Positions 13,445 to 25,405 of a stretch of DNA of 64,000 bases are shown here, one piece after another. The notes under the pieces are model-generated. The model saw only the letters and a program-made list of their open reading frames with translations. It ran no database searches and was not told the origin of the DNA. Source of the stretch: Octopus sinensis (lineage: Eukaryota); the NCBI RefSeq assembly GCF_006345805.1, contig NC_042997.1, positions 1,240,001 through 1,304,000 of the forward strand, written 5' to 3'. How positions within the stretch are numbered: position 1 is the first letter of the stretch; each line of letters begins with the position of its first letter. Made by a program: the position numbers and the translations under genes.

Positions 13445-15249
13445 ATTGAGAAGCTACTACTTCATACAATATAGAACAAAGATTCCTATTTGTTTTCTAT
13501 ATCTAAAGAGAGTAAATGCCGACTTGAAGACAGCGATTAAGCTGATTTTTTTTATTGGCAAACAGCTTATTTGATCAATAGCGTCGAGTCGTTTAGTCAG
13601 TGGGAGAGGAATACGGTAAGGATGAGTAACTTAGAGCTGGGATATCATATTGATTTTGCCAGTTTAGAAAAAAAAGTTCCATCATAAACTGCGTGTGTTT
13701 CAAAAGGTTGCAAACGGCAGAGTAGTTTCTTTTTAGTATAGAGTTTGTCATTTACTAGTTTTGAAAGCTAATATTCTCCCGTTTGAATTTGTAATATACA
13801 TACAAGCACATTACTTTGTGGATTGACTCTAACACTCCTATAAACATTTCTGCAGTATGTAGTAAAATTAAACAAGAATTAAACGTGTAGCCCACACATA
13901 GCGTTGCATTATCCCTTCATATGTTTCCGGCCAATGGTATGATTAAAAGACTCACGTGTCTTGATTTCGAGTTTAAATCTTGGTAAATATGCAACTAACA
14001 TTGTCTGTTTAGACATAACGGTAGTTACCTATTGTACATGATATGGCGTGGTCTGCAGCATTCATGGATGTTTCCTCAATTGCGAAACAGTTCTGAATTT
14101 AATGTTTTATTAGCATTATTTTCACCTTTTGAATTCTAATTTGGTGGGTTATGATTCTCATAATATGATTTATTGAATCGAATAAAAAGGAACACTCTGC
14201 AGTAAGGTTTGTGTAAAAATGTCTCCAAATGTCCCTACTGGTACAGACTATACAGTTATCATATTTTTAGCCACACGACTGAAGTAACTATTCAGTAGAT
14301 ATCTCTATGTTACCACTTCTCTTAAATCTATATTTCACTGTTCATCTATAGCCTGAAGTGATACTATATTCTAAAATTCTTGATCATATAGAAGTAGAAG
14401 TTGTTTTATAGTAATATATCAGCACCCATTAAACAATGAAAATTGATTACATTTTACTTTCACAGACCAATTCAAACGGTAAGCTAATATTTCTCGTTAT
14501 ATTCAGATTAACTTAAAACGCACCTCCTTCCTTGTTTAAAGCTTAAATTCCTAAAACTTACACTTTTATTCATTCATAGTCATATGAAAGTTAGCTATTT
14601 GAAACCGCGACTGCTACAATGCTGAACCTATTGTTGAAAGTACATGTATTTAACCCCTCTTTCTCTCTCCTCCTCGATCTCTCTTTGTCCCTCTGTCTTT
14701 TTACCACCACTCTTTCTATATCTTTCTCTCTTTCTCTCTCTCTCTGACTTTCTTCATTACTTTTGAAGATTACTTGTTGACATCGTAAAATTCTTCAGCC
14801 GAAATCACACTTTGACAAACCAATTCAAATAGTGAGCTAATTTTTCGTTAGATTCAGATTGACGCTTCTTCCTTCTTTGGTTTAATATTTAATTTCAAGA
14901 TGGGCAGTAATGCACTCTTTCCATCTTTCCTGATGTTCAATATCTACCTACTTCACTTCCGTGTTTACAACCATTCCCAAGCAGTCTTCCTACTCTCCCT
15001 TTCAATATGAATGTATTAAACTGAACTTGCGTTAAATAGCTTCTTCCCCTTTCTAGTTTATCTTTTCTCCTCCCCCTCCTCTCTCTCTCTCTATATATAT
15101 ATCTTCCACTATCTTTGTTTTTAATTTATTTTCATTTTATCCATTTCATTTTATTTTTTAATATTTTATATATTTAATTTTAAAATATTAAAACAAATAT
15201 TTATTTATTTTTTACAATTTATGATTTTTATATGTTTTTTTTACTCTCT

Positions 15250-16500
15250 GTCAAGGGTGGTGAGGGGAGTGGAGCACCCTTCACTTATAAAATACCCCAG
15301 TGACCTGCGCATGCCCAACTCCTTCGCCAAACCTACAGTAGAAGGGTGGGAAAAGGCGAGTATCTGGTGCCTTCAAATAACCAGTGTTCCTGGTAAGCTG
15401 TGCTCGTTAGCCTTGGATGGCAAGCAGCCTAAGAGAAGGAGAAATTTGAGTTCAAATCTAGGGGAGCCCGGCCCTAGCCGCCTTGGCAGACTACCTTGAT
15501 AGAGATGGGGTCTCGATATAAATACGGTTGGCATTAATCTAAAAACACACCTCATCTGTGAGTGAAAATGCAAAACAAAATAGATGAGGATAACGGTGTG
15601 AAAGGAACTGGAACCAATAGGGAAGATGCTGCACTAACAGGTGTTCCACTGTGCAGTTGGGTGGACCTAGTCGTAATCCAGCACCTACTAGCCATGCTAC
15701 AAGACATAAGTGGAATAAATAAGTAAACATGATGGATATAGAATGTTACTACAGGATCACCACAGTGGATGCGAATGATGTGCCTGTCAGAGGGTACAGT
15801 AAATGAATGCACAGTGAATGGAAGGCAAAATTACTGAAGAGAGATTATGTGACAAAGCAAGAGCAATATGATAGAATGAATGGGCAACAGAATTGGAAAT
15901 GGACGCTATTAAAAGAAGGATATCGGATGAGGCTGGGCATGCGAGAAAGGGAATTGGAATAGTGGAAGAGATGGACAATTCTCGCAACAATAGAATACCG
16001 TTAATTGTGAAAGAATTGAGATCAGTGACTACTCAAACAATGAAGGCCAATTAATAATAGACAGAATGTTGTATCTATTAAATACAGAAGGGATAGAATT
16101 GATGTGCAACTTTAAGAAGGCTAACCAATGGAGACGAAATCAAGAGACGAGTGAAGTCAATAATATACTGAGATTCATTGAAACAAAGAACATCACACGA
16201 ACAAATAATCTTATCTAGACTGCCATTAGGATTGTGGCGGTAAGGATGGGATTGAGAACTACTGAGAATAGAACATCGACGGATAGAATAGGAAATAAAC
16301 AACCAAGGCGGCAAAGGAGAATTTCTGAAGATATATACGCCTTGAAGAGTGAAGTGTCAATACTTATCAGGAAAAGAAATTGACAACTTAAGAATGAATA
16401 GAAATTAGAAAATGATAGTAAGAAGTATGGTGTAGATACAAAAGGCCTGAAACTGTGATTGCGCGGTGAATTCTGAAAAAAATATAACATATAATGATGA
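15250..16500 (+). mobile_element. R4/Dong-type non-LTR retrotransposon 5' part (5' UTR plus N-terminal ORF), decayed
   Basis: WNK*VNMMDIECYYR...RGYSK*MH.EW...TEERLCDKARAI...NEWATELEMDAIKRR and VNNILRFIETKNITRTNNLI*TAIRIVA. Similar to the N-terminus at 38.8 kb. Confidence 0.7.
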
Positions 16501-16543
16501 GACATGTGTTATTTGTTTCTAAATTATATGTTACCGTTATGGC

Positions 16544-16601
16544 ACGGTTACTGATGAGGATTCGCATAGCAAATTATTTTATTTGCTAAAGGTATAACCG
16601 T
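16544..16601 (+). ncRNA. Decayed type I hammerhead ribozyme candidate with GAAA and half of stem II apparently deleted
   Basis: ACGGTTA-CTGATGA...TAGCAAAT-loop-ATTTGCTA-AAG-GTA-TAACCGT. A 7-bp stem I is in exact register with CUGAUGA and a GUA triplet, and there is an 8-bp stem III hairpin. No GAAA. Confidence 0.35.
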
Positions 16602-16766
16602 AAAAAAATAACAAGGTAAAAGTTTATATTTTTCATTCCCTTCGGAAATTGCTCTTTATTGTGGTTTTGGTAGTTTTTACTGCTTCTTCTAGCGTGTATA
16701 TATTACCTGTCAAATGTAGTTTTTCTCTTGTGTGTAAATGTACACTACACAATTTTTTGTATTCAG

Positions 16767-16818
<52 letters not shown>

Positions 16819-16970
16819 TAATATATATGTATATATAGATAGATATATATGTATATATATATATATATATATGTTCTGAATATATATGTATATGTATATG
16901 TATATATATATATAATATATAATATATATATATATATATATATTATGTATATATATATATATATATGAAT

Positions 16971-17039
<69 letters not shown>

Positions 17040-17043
<4 letters not shown>

Positions 17044-19115
17044 AATAAAGCCTCTTTTGTTCCACACGAGTATACATATTTATTTAGATTCTTTTACTTT
17101 TTAATTTTTAGACTTAACCGGTTTGACATATTTCTCTGATTTTCAAAGACAGGGATAGAAAGAAGTAGAGCACTTCTCTTGTTTTTATAGAAAGCATTGA
17201 ACAAATGTGTATGTGTTTTAGTTACGCTTTACTGCTTGGCGATGATCACGTGATCTGCACAAGAATGTCACGTGTTTGGCGCCGTTAGTTAATGCTGTTA
17301 CGGTTGAGTGTACGTCTTGTAACAAACTGTAACAATCAAGGATCATTGAATTTCATCAGTCAAATATAATAGGTAGGATCACGTAAATAGTAGTAATCTT
17401 AGGAATTTTTGTAGGTCTCCCACTACGCCCGTGCGTTAATATAATGTGACTATATTCTTTTCGCCGAAAATCAAGGCTGGCACAGTTGAGTGAACGTATC
17501 TAGAGATATTTCCTAAATAAAGTTCTTTAAAGTTAATCTGTTGAATGGTAGACTGGAATTGTTTCTACGTAGCAAAGTGTTTGAATAGTTGTGGTTTGTG
17601 CTTGTACCCAGGTATCAAATTTAGCTATTAAATGTGTTTTTTGTAACCAGTCAACATGCATGTATATGTAGAATCTGCCAATTAGCAGTCATGACTATGT
17701 CCAAATTTAAGTTGTTAGCTGTATAAATTCAACATGTCAAGCAGGAAAGTGAGTATGTGTGTGAATAGTTGTTCATGAATGTACATTGTTGAAGTTTATT
17801 CAGTCTTGATTTCTGTTTGTGTATGAATATATTTTCTTTGCTTATACGTCCTTGGTCTCTGGTATTGACTGAACAAAAGTTAAGTGGAAAACTTTGAATT
17901 TGGGCGTCTTATTTCTGCACATATGACAATGTTTCTACGTAGTGGTATATGTGTAGTGCTGGGATCCTGTATTTTGTGTCTGTTTCTAAGCGAGATTATT
18001 ACTTGTCCTATGTATTCCACTTCACAATTTTTACATTTAATAGCATATATTAAATTTTTTGACACACAAGGAAGATGACATATGGTAAAAATATATCCTG
18101 GTTTAAATTTATATGTATTATCTTTATATTTATATTTATTATCTATTGGCGCAGGAGGGTAAGTGAAGAGTGTAAGTAGGCTGTGTGGTAAGTAGGTTGC
18201 TTACCAACCACATGGTTCCGGGTACATTCCCCCTGCATGGTACCTCGGGCAAGTGTCTTCTACTATATCCTAGGGGGCCGACCAAATCGTTGCTAGATGG
18301 AAACTGTAAGAAGCCCGTCGTTTATATGTATGTGTGTGTATATGTTTGTGTCCCCAACATCGTTTGACAACCGATGGTCGTGTGTTTACGTCCCTGTAAA
18401 TTAGCGGTTCGGCAAAAGAGACAGATAGAATAAGTACTAGGCATGCAAAGAATAAGTCCTGGGGTCGACTAAATGCTGTGCTCCAGCACGGCCGCAGTCA
18501 AATGACTGAAACATATAAAAGAGTATCTTTAATGAGGTTGACGCAAATCCCTCAGTTTGGGTGGCCACACTTTTTGACTTATGATGTGGAGTTTGTGGAG
18601 ATTAATTTAACACTAGTCAGTAGTTTCCTGAAGGATTTTGATTGTCTTGTGATTTTAATTATTTTGTGCATTTCGAGTGATTGTTTCATTCATGGGTCTT
18701 GTCTCAGTAGTGGAATGATTTGGTGGATAATGTCAACGTCTGCGATTTTTTTTCAGTTATGTGATGTAATAAAGGGTAGAGTATGGGGGTTTATTTGAAG
18801 TGTTATTTTTTCTTTGTTTTACACAATTCTTAAACGTCTATTCTGGTGACTATGGATATTGACGGATATTTTCTCTCGACTAGTATTTGTTTTAATTCCT
18901 TGTTGTCTTTTATTATTTTTGAAACAGTTGTGAATATTCTACTTGATAGATTAAAAGGAATATTACTTTTGTGTGTTTGGGATTAGATGAGGAAGACAGT
19001 AGGTATTGCTTAGAATGTATTGGTTGGTAATATAATGTCTGTTACAATGTTTTTGTCTGTTTTGATGATTAGAATGTCCAGGAATAGTAAATATTTATCT
19101 AAATTATCTCTATAA
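17040..19115 (-). mobile_element. Decayed Penelope-clade retroelement (RT C-terminus, linker, GIY-YIG, 3' region) interrupted by a SINE
   Basis: Minus-strand motifs LLFLDILIIKTDKNIVTDI, (H)PKHTKSNIPFNLSSRIF, ELKQILVERKYP, LPFITSHN, RQSKSFRKLLT, VKKCGHPN*GIC, then SKNLIYAIKCKNCEVEYIGQ (ORF 17880-18065). Confidence 0.8.
18148..18523 (+). mobile_element. tRNA-derived SINE family A, full length, inserted in the Penelope element
   Basis: GGCGCAGGAG head, B-box-like GGTTCCGGGTAC, short internal TA/TG tract, tail ...CAGTCAAATGACTGAAAC...AAAAGAG. Confidence 0.85.
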
Positions 19116-19119
19116 AAAA

Positions 19120-19250
19120 GGCGCGTGAAGGCGCGCGGATTAGTATTTATGGTATTTGGTTCACGATCACAAAGACGTGAGTTCAATTCCTGTCGACACT
19201 TTGTGTTCTTGAGCAAGACACTTTATTTCTTGGTGCTTCAGTCCACTCTA
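19120..19250 (+). mobile_element. CORE-type SINE (family E), 5' part
   Basis: tRNA-like head with B-box GAGTTCAATTCC, followed by GTTCTTGAGCAAGACACTTTATTTC...CAGTCCACTC. Confidence 0.6.
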
Positions 19251-19394
19251 GTCAAGTCTTCAAAAATATGAAAATAAAAACGTTAACAAATCCCAGTGCA
19301 TTTCTGACTACTTATATATATGCACACACACAAACACGTGTATATATATATAATATACATATATATATCTGTGAGTGTATATGTATATATTTCT

Positions 19395-19634
19395 TTATAT
19401 TTTTACTTTTTACAGTCATTTGACTGCCAGCATGCTTCAGCGACACTTTTAGTCGAATAACATGCTCAAGTCTTATTTTTTGTAAACGTAATACTTATTC
19501 TCTCGCTTCTTTTGTCACACCGCTAAGGTACATGGACGTAAACACACCAACATCAGAGGGACAAAAAGACACGCACACACACACACACACGCACACACAC
19601 ACAGACACACACACACCACACACACACACACGCA

Positions 19635-19666
<32 letters not shown>

Positions 19667-20130
19667 CGACGGAGGTCTTTCCATTTCCATGTACCAGACG
19701 GCCCGAGGCTATAGCAGAAGCCACTTTCCCAAAGCCTGAACCATGCATTTGGGTAGCAAGATTCTTGCCACACATGGGATCGGAACAGCCTGCTCGTGAA
19801 ATTAACGTGTAAGTGGCTGAGCACTCCACAGACACGTGTACCCTTAACGTAGTTCTCGGGAATATTCAGCGTGACACAGAGAGTGACAAGGCCGGTCCTT
19901 TGAAATACAGGCACAACAGAAACAGGAAGTAAGAGTGAGAGAAAGTTGTGGTGAAAGAGTACAGCAGGGATCACCGCCATCCCTGCCGGAGACTTGTGGA
20001 GCTTTAGGTGTTTTCGCTCAATAAACACTCACAACGCCCGGTCTGGGAATCGAAACCACGATCCTACGACCGCGAGTCCGCTGCCCTAACCACTGGGCCA
20101 TTGCGCCTCCACTCTTGCCACACAATCACA
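19395..20130 (-). mobile_element. SINE family A, degraded host of a nested SINE
   Basis: Reverse-complement tail, (CA)n(TA)n tract, body and head are present. The head is split by the insertion at 19775-20112. Confidence 0.7.
19775..20112 (-). mobile_element. tRNA-derived SINE family B, nested, with a 12-bp target-site duplication
   Basis: Head GTGGAGGCGCAATGGCCCAGTGGTTAGGGCAGCGGACTCGCGGTCGTAGGATCGTGGTTTCGATTCCC contains A and B boxes. Duplication TCTTGCCACACA at 19763-19774 and 20113-20124. Confidence 0.9.
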
Positions 20131-21653
20131 TATATCTATGTATATTTGGATGAATAGGTGGGACCATGGATCAAATTTAGTCTAACGTTTTGTTCTAATG
20201 CAGCTACAATTAGAGACTCCATTTCTGCTGTAAGGTTTCCCTTTGGCTGCCACAGTCAACTTTCTTCCCTTCTATCATCACTGTCATTTTGGGGCATTAA
20301 TTGACCTTCTCTTTCACTTATTCGAATATGATGATATTGGTGTTGAGAAATTGTATGAAGACCTGAAGAAAATCTCCAGTGTAGTACTAGTGCCTAAAAA
20401 AAATAGGTCAATGGGCTGATCATACTAATTTGAGGTATGTACTCCCTATAAAAGTAGGAAAAGCTTCAAACACTCGTCAGAATCAAGACAGTTGTGACAT
20501 AATCCTCGTCTTTCTATCTCAAATTTTATAAATCAGTGTAAATTGTGAAACCGGTTAAATCTTTAAATATGATACCATTTAAAAAATATTCCCAGTGAAT
20601 TTTCAACATCCATTATATATATATATATATATATATAACGGTGTGTGTGTTTCTTTGTGTGTATGCCTGCGATCTTTTTGTATATAACTATTTAACTATA
20701 TAACCAGACAATCCTAATGGTAAATAATAGGAACAGTAAATATATGAATAATGTTTGAAGATTCATTATAATTGTCGGCCATTAATGTCTAACAACATTC
20801 TATACTATCGACGTTCATCTTTCTGTCCGCTATACAATGTCAACGTGGTAAAGCACTGTAATATATTTCATTGTACTTGCAAGCAATTTACGAGCGACTA
20901 CCAATTACAGCTGCTGTTTAATATGAACTACTTAGGAGAATTGTCTGTTGTAGTTTCAGTTGCGTGTATAGCATCATATGAAGCAAAGTTGGAGTTAATC
21001 TGTGTTCTTCATCATAACAAGAATAAGTTACGTATGCATTTTTCATTTTATAGACTCCTATCCCTGAAAGGACAATGCCTAGGGTGAACACGGTATGTTA
21101 TGCCAACTTGTCTTCTAATAACACATGTTACTAATGCATGGAAATTCCTGAAAATTCTTTTTGAAATAGCGGAGATCAATAGAACAGGATTACTACAAAA
21201 TATATTGGAAGGATAAAGAAAAATATAAAATAAAACAAGTATTGCGATTGCGCAATTAGAGAAAAATGCTCGAGGTTTATCCATAAAATTAAGTATTTTT
21301 GAATATTTGTACTACACAGAATTCATCTACATACTCTACCAATTCACTCCAGTCGTGTACAAAATATAGCATCTCATCTCACCATGTCATCCTATGTGAA
21401 GACTCACGTTGATTAACTTCAAAACGAAGGCAGCACATAATAAATGACGAAAGTGTCTCGACGTTATTGAACACAAAAGCAATCGGAGGCAACCGACAGC
21501 TCTAAAAAATTTTGTTTTCATTGCTTTTTTACTCATTGATGAATGCAATTGAATGTCAACTGAGTCGCACACAACCGTTCAATATGAATGAACGCTTTTG
21601 TACGATTGACTTGACATATTAATGCTCTTGTTTACATAACATAATATCTCTCT

Positions 21654-21654
<1 letters not shown>

Positions 21655-21716
<62 letters not shown>

Positions 21717-21751
21717 ACAAACATGCGCAGACGCACACACGCGCGCACACA

Positions 21752-21785
<34 letters not shown>
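21655..21785. repeat. (TATC)n and (CA)n microsatellites
   Basis: Directly visible. Confidence 0.9.
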
Positions 21786-21787
<2 letters not shown>

Positions 21788-21822
21788 CACAAACACACTT
21801 TTATAGAACTTTTACACTTACC

Positions 21823-22025
21823 GTTGTTTCAGTCATTAGAATACAGTCATGCTGCGGCGCCGCCTTCCATAATTTCGGTAGAATGAATCTAATCCACTAC
21901 TTATATATTTCAACCTTGTACTAATTCTTTCGGTCTCTTTGGCCGAACACCTAAGTTACAGGAGTTGAATCACACCAGTGTCAGCTGTCAAGCCGTGATG
22001 GGGAACAAACAGAGACAGACAAACA
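21823..22025 (-). mobile_element. Tail of an A-related SINE subfamily, degraded
   Basis: TTGTTTCAGTCATTAG...CATGCTG...CCGCC...CGGTCTCTTTGGCCGAAC...TGTCAAGC is homologous to family A tails. Confidence 0.65.
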
Positions 22026-22139
22026 CACTCACAAACAAGCATGCACACTTACACAAACACGCACACACATGAATAAAAACCAAGAAGGAAAAATCCATTT
22101 CTCATTTATTTGTGACTGATGGTGCAGCGTAGACTGCAT

Positions 22140-22325
22140 TACTAGAAATAAGGGCTCTAAAATCCCTTATAGATGCAGGAAGCACATGTTTATACACTGA
22201 CAGGGAGAATTATTAGAACCCAGGTTCGAAATTTCCACAAGACACCTGATGAAGACACCGAAGCGTTGTGTAAACAACAAACAAGATGAGGACAAATATC
22301 TGTCTAATGTAAATAATGTAAATAT
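22140..22325 (+). mobile_element. Short repeat resembling a Penelope LTR, with a decayed minimal hammerhead motif at 22241-22271
   Basis: ACAC-CTGATGA-AGACACC-GAAG-CGTT-GTGT: ACAC pairs with GTGT, stem II is mostly lost and GAAA is changed to GAAG. Ends in a TGTAAATAA tandem tail. Confidence 0.45.
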
Positions 22326-22861
22326 TATAGTCTAGTTTTGCTTCAAATTAAAGTTCCTCGGTGGTTAATGCCAACCATATTTTTGTCACCTGCCTGACCA
22401 TAAGGCTGTATCAGTTTATTTCCTTTTATTCATTCGCATGTTCACATTTTTCGTATTGTTTTGTTTTCGTTTTTGCCCCTAATACGTCCTCGAAGTGTGT
22501 CTTGCCTTGAATTACACTTATGTCATACATATATGTTCACTTTCTTCATTGCATAGCAGTTTATTTCTTACGGGTTTAATTTTCCGTCATGTTTGGCTGG
22601 TCCCATGTTTGGCTACCAATATCCCAGAGTCTTCTGGCCTCCGACACCACCAGATTGAGTCAATATTATCGATGAAGGAGTGAAATTGTGTTCGAGCCTC
22701 AGGCCAACAACTGATGCGGATTTGCTAACCTTCTGTGTCTGCTTCCCGTTTGTTGTACATTTATTATATGCTTTTAATGTCATGTATAGAACAAAACAAA
22801 TTGATTCAAATTCAGTGGTGATCCTAGTTTGAAGTGTGTTGCTAATCTTCAGCCATTTTGA

Positions 22862-22924
<63 letters not shown>

Positions 22925-22928
<4 letters not shown>

Positions 22929-23045
22929 CTGCCTACCAAGTCGTCTTTGGCCGACTTGATGCTAGAGTAGAAAACACTCATCTAAGTTGCAACGTAATGG
23001 GGTTAAACGGGGAATATGCGCCTAGCAAGCTTGTTCACATATAGT
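22925..23045 (-). mobile_element. SINE family A head and body, highly degraded
   Basis: CTACCAAG...TTTGGCCGAC...GAGTAGAAAACAC resembles the reverse complement of the family A body. Confidence 0.45.
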
Positions 23046-23722
23046 CGCGATTGCTCCTGTACACATACGTGCCCCCGCGCACAAATATATATATATTTAT
23101 GCACGTAGAGATCGTATAACATTGTGCTTGCAAGCGAGTGTATCTATAAATAATAGTCTGAAATATATTGATTTAGAACTGCATAGTTGGTAGAGACTGG
23201 AGTCTAGCAGAATTACGTAACTGTTTACATACTTATGGAAGCATCTATGTTTTACTTGCTGCTTGATGTTTATAGTTTAAGTGCAAACAAACACACACAA
23301 GCTGAAGCTCACACATAACGCACTTCCAAGGCAATTAAACCAATCTCATGAAAATATTACTTAATACAGCGAAATACTGGAATAAAACCAAGTTTATTTT
23401 AATTTTTCATAATTATAACGTTGCCATTTACGTTTTACCGATTGTCATGATGTAAGATATATTAAAGGAACGAATTTGTATTTGAATAACAAACATCAAC
23501 ATTTGACTCAAAGAGACATTTTAAAAATGCAAAGACCATCGACTTTCAGAGGTAGCAGGTGTTATTAAAGCACATGTTATTAATGATATTATATACCTGA
23601 TGTTTAAATGTAATAGAAAACTATTACAAAATTATTTAGTCAACACGATCATTTATTTGTTACTCGATCCATGTGCACATGGTTTTCATATTAATACTTT
23701 TATAATAAAAATCTATGCTGTA

Positions 23723-24114
23723 GGCGCAGGAGTGGCTGTGTGGTAAGTAGCTTGTTAACCAACCACATGGTTCTGGGTTCAGTCCCACTGCGTGGCACCT
23801 TGGGCAAGTGTCTTCTACTATAGCCTCGGGCCGACCAAATTCCTGTGAGTGGATTTGGTAGACGGAAACTGAAAGAAGCCCGTCGTATATATGTGTATAT
23901 GTGTGTGTGTGTGTGTTTGTCCCCCTAGCATTGCTTGACAACCGATGCCGGTGTGTTTATGTCCCCGTTACTTAGCGGTTCGGCAAAAGAGACCGATAGA
24001 ATAAGTACTGGGCTTACAAAAGAATAATACCCGGGATCGAGTTGCTCGATTAAACGCGGTGCTCCAGCATGGCCGCAGTCAAATGACTGAAACAAGTAAA
24101 AGAGTATAAAAGAG
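23723..24114 (+). mobile_element. tRNA-derived SINE family A, full length
   Basis: A box TGGCTGTGTGG, B box GGTTCAGTCCC, body, TA/TG tract, tail hairpin CAGTC-AAAT-GACTG and AAAAGAGT tail. Confidence 0.92.
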
Positions 24115-24239
24115 TATGTAGATTAATTAATCTAAACGAAATTGAATTTGTTAATTTGGTACAATGAATAAATGTGCCCTTGAATCTATTATTCTTATAA
24201 TCTTTATACCTTTATGCAATATCAATAGTTGTCTTGTTA

Positions 24240-24720
24240 ACAAGTTCAAACCTATTACCCAGTCAGGTAAAATTGGATTTTACGTTTTCATAACTGGTGT
24301 ATTTTTCTGTTTCGAACATATGTGCTTCTAATATATTTGAGAACGAATTTCAATCAAAATCAGTTCCATTGGTGAACTAGAATGGAATATAATATCTGGC
24401 TTCAGGCCACTCTTGCAGATCATGTCTGGTTGTTTTGTAGATCTGCTGAGCCCTCATAATCATCTGTACTATCCAGAAGGCTCCATTCCCGCACCCCATA
24501 TGGCATATATGCTCCTGGTCATTCTTTGCTGCTCCCTGCCATGTAGAATGTATTTGTGTTCATCACTTATATAATCTCTTTCTGATCGAAAAGCTTTGCT
24601 TTCAGGTCCACGTCGCCTCATCACCTTATTATTTCTTGTATATCTTCAGCTTGGACCTGACCGATCCGACCAACTTGTCTTTCGAATCTTCAACCATGGT
24701 AAAGACACTTGCTTTTCCAA
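24240..24720 (-). mobile_element. Decayed REL-type non-LTR retrotransposon fragment (HERO/NeSL-like)
   Basis: Minus-strand SGLKPDIIFHSSSPMELILIE resembles the LRPD...LIEL endonuclease motif, with IWGAGMEP upstream. Many stops and frameshifts. Confidence 0.35.
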
Positions 24721-25002
24721 ATTTGTATTCCTCAACGATGGAGCTTAGAGTTTGCCAGAATCTATAATTTAATTAGTGATTCTCTGAACATAATAATACA
24801 CACACATATAGACGTGCACACACTCTCGTATATTTACAAACACAAATCTATGCATTCAGATTTTACCGGCATTATAAACAATTTTGTGCAGAAGGTAAAT
24901 ATATATTTATCCAATGGTCACTTGTATCTTTTTTCAACAAAGCAACAAAGCATCCCATTTTTAGAATAAACTTTAAAGTCATTCTTAGGCGATAACTGAT
25001 AA

Positions 25003-25392
25003 TTCTTTCTATCATTGGTACAAGGCCAGCAATCTTGTGGGAGGGCTACTCTGTTACTTCGATGTTTGACTAATACATATTTCATCCACCCTGAAGAATG
25101 AAATGCAATATCGACCTCTGCGGATTTTGACCTCAGAACGTACAGACGGATGAAAGATTGCTAAGCATTTTCAACAGCGTGAAAACGAATCTGCTGATTC
25201 GCAGCCGTAAGCAGATATGATATCCGATAGTAATCATTTCAAATTTTGGAAGAAATCAACAGTTTTTCAGAGGACATATTAGCCGATTATTCTAATATTT
25301 CTGCCCAGCTGGTATTACATTTATCGACACAGGAAAATATGTAAGACCATGTCGACACCGGCGTGAATTGAACTTACAACGTAAAGAACCAG
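25003..25392 (-). mobile_element. Two adjacent degraded family C SINEs (25003-25207 and 25231-25392)
   Basis: Both contain ATCGAC...GTCGAC(C/A)...GCG...TTGA(A/C)C...AGAACGTA homologous to 58827-59057. Confidence 0.6.
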
Positions 25393-25405
25393 AAAGAATA
25401 TCACT

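Noticed and set aside
13566-13615. Possible 50-nt exon (AACAG|...ATACG|GTAAG) reading YLINSVESFSQWERNT
   Set aside because: Splice signals are plausible, but the peptide is not recognisable and I found no partner exons. It needs RNA-seq or homology support.
17330-17365. Minus-strand CTGATGA-AATTCAA...TTGATT-GTTAC in the Penelope 3' region
   Set aside because: The location fits a pLTR hammerhead, but GAAA reads GTTA and no stem I or III is evident. Too degenerate to call.
20040-20112. tRNA-like sequence with good A and B boxes
   Set aside because: It is the head of a SINE with a body and target-site duplication, and no complete acceptor stem is present. The same applies to the other SINE heads.
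20290-20430. FEYDDIGVEKLYEDLKKISSVVLVPKK, resembling a LINE AP-endonuclease segment
   Set aside because: A single short, weak motif with no supporting flanking motifs.
24070-24105. SINE tail hairpin followed by GAAACAAGTAAAAGAG, resembling a hammerhead 3' half
   Set aside because: No CUGANGA upstream in any copy. Treated as a retroposition stem-loop instead.
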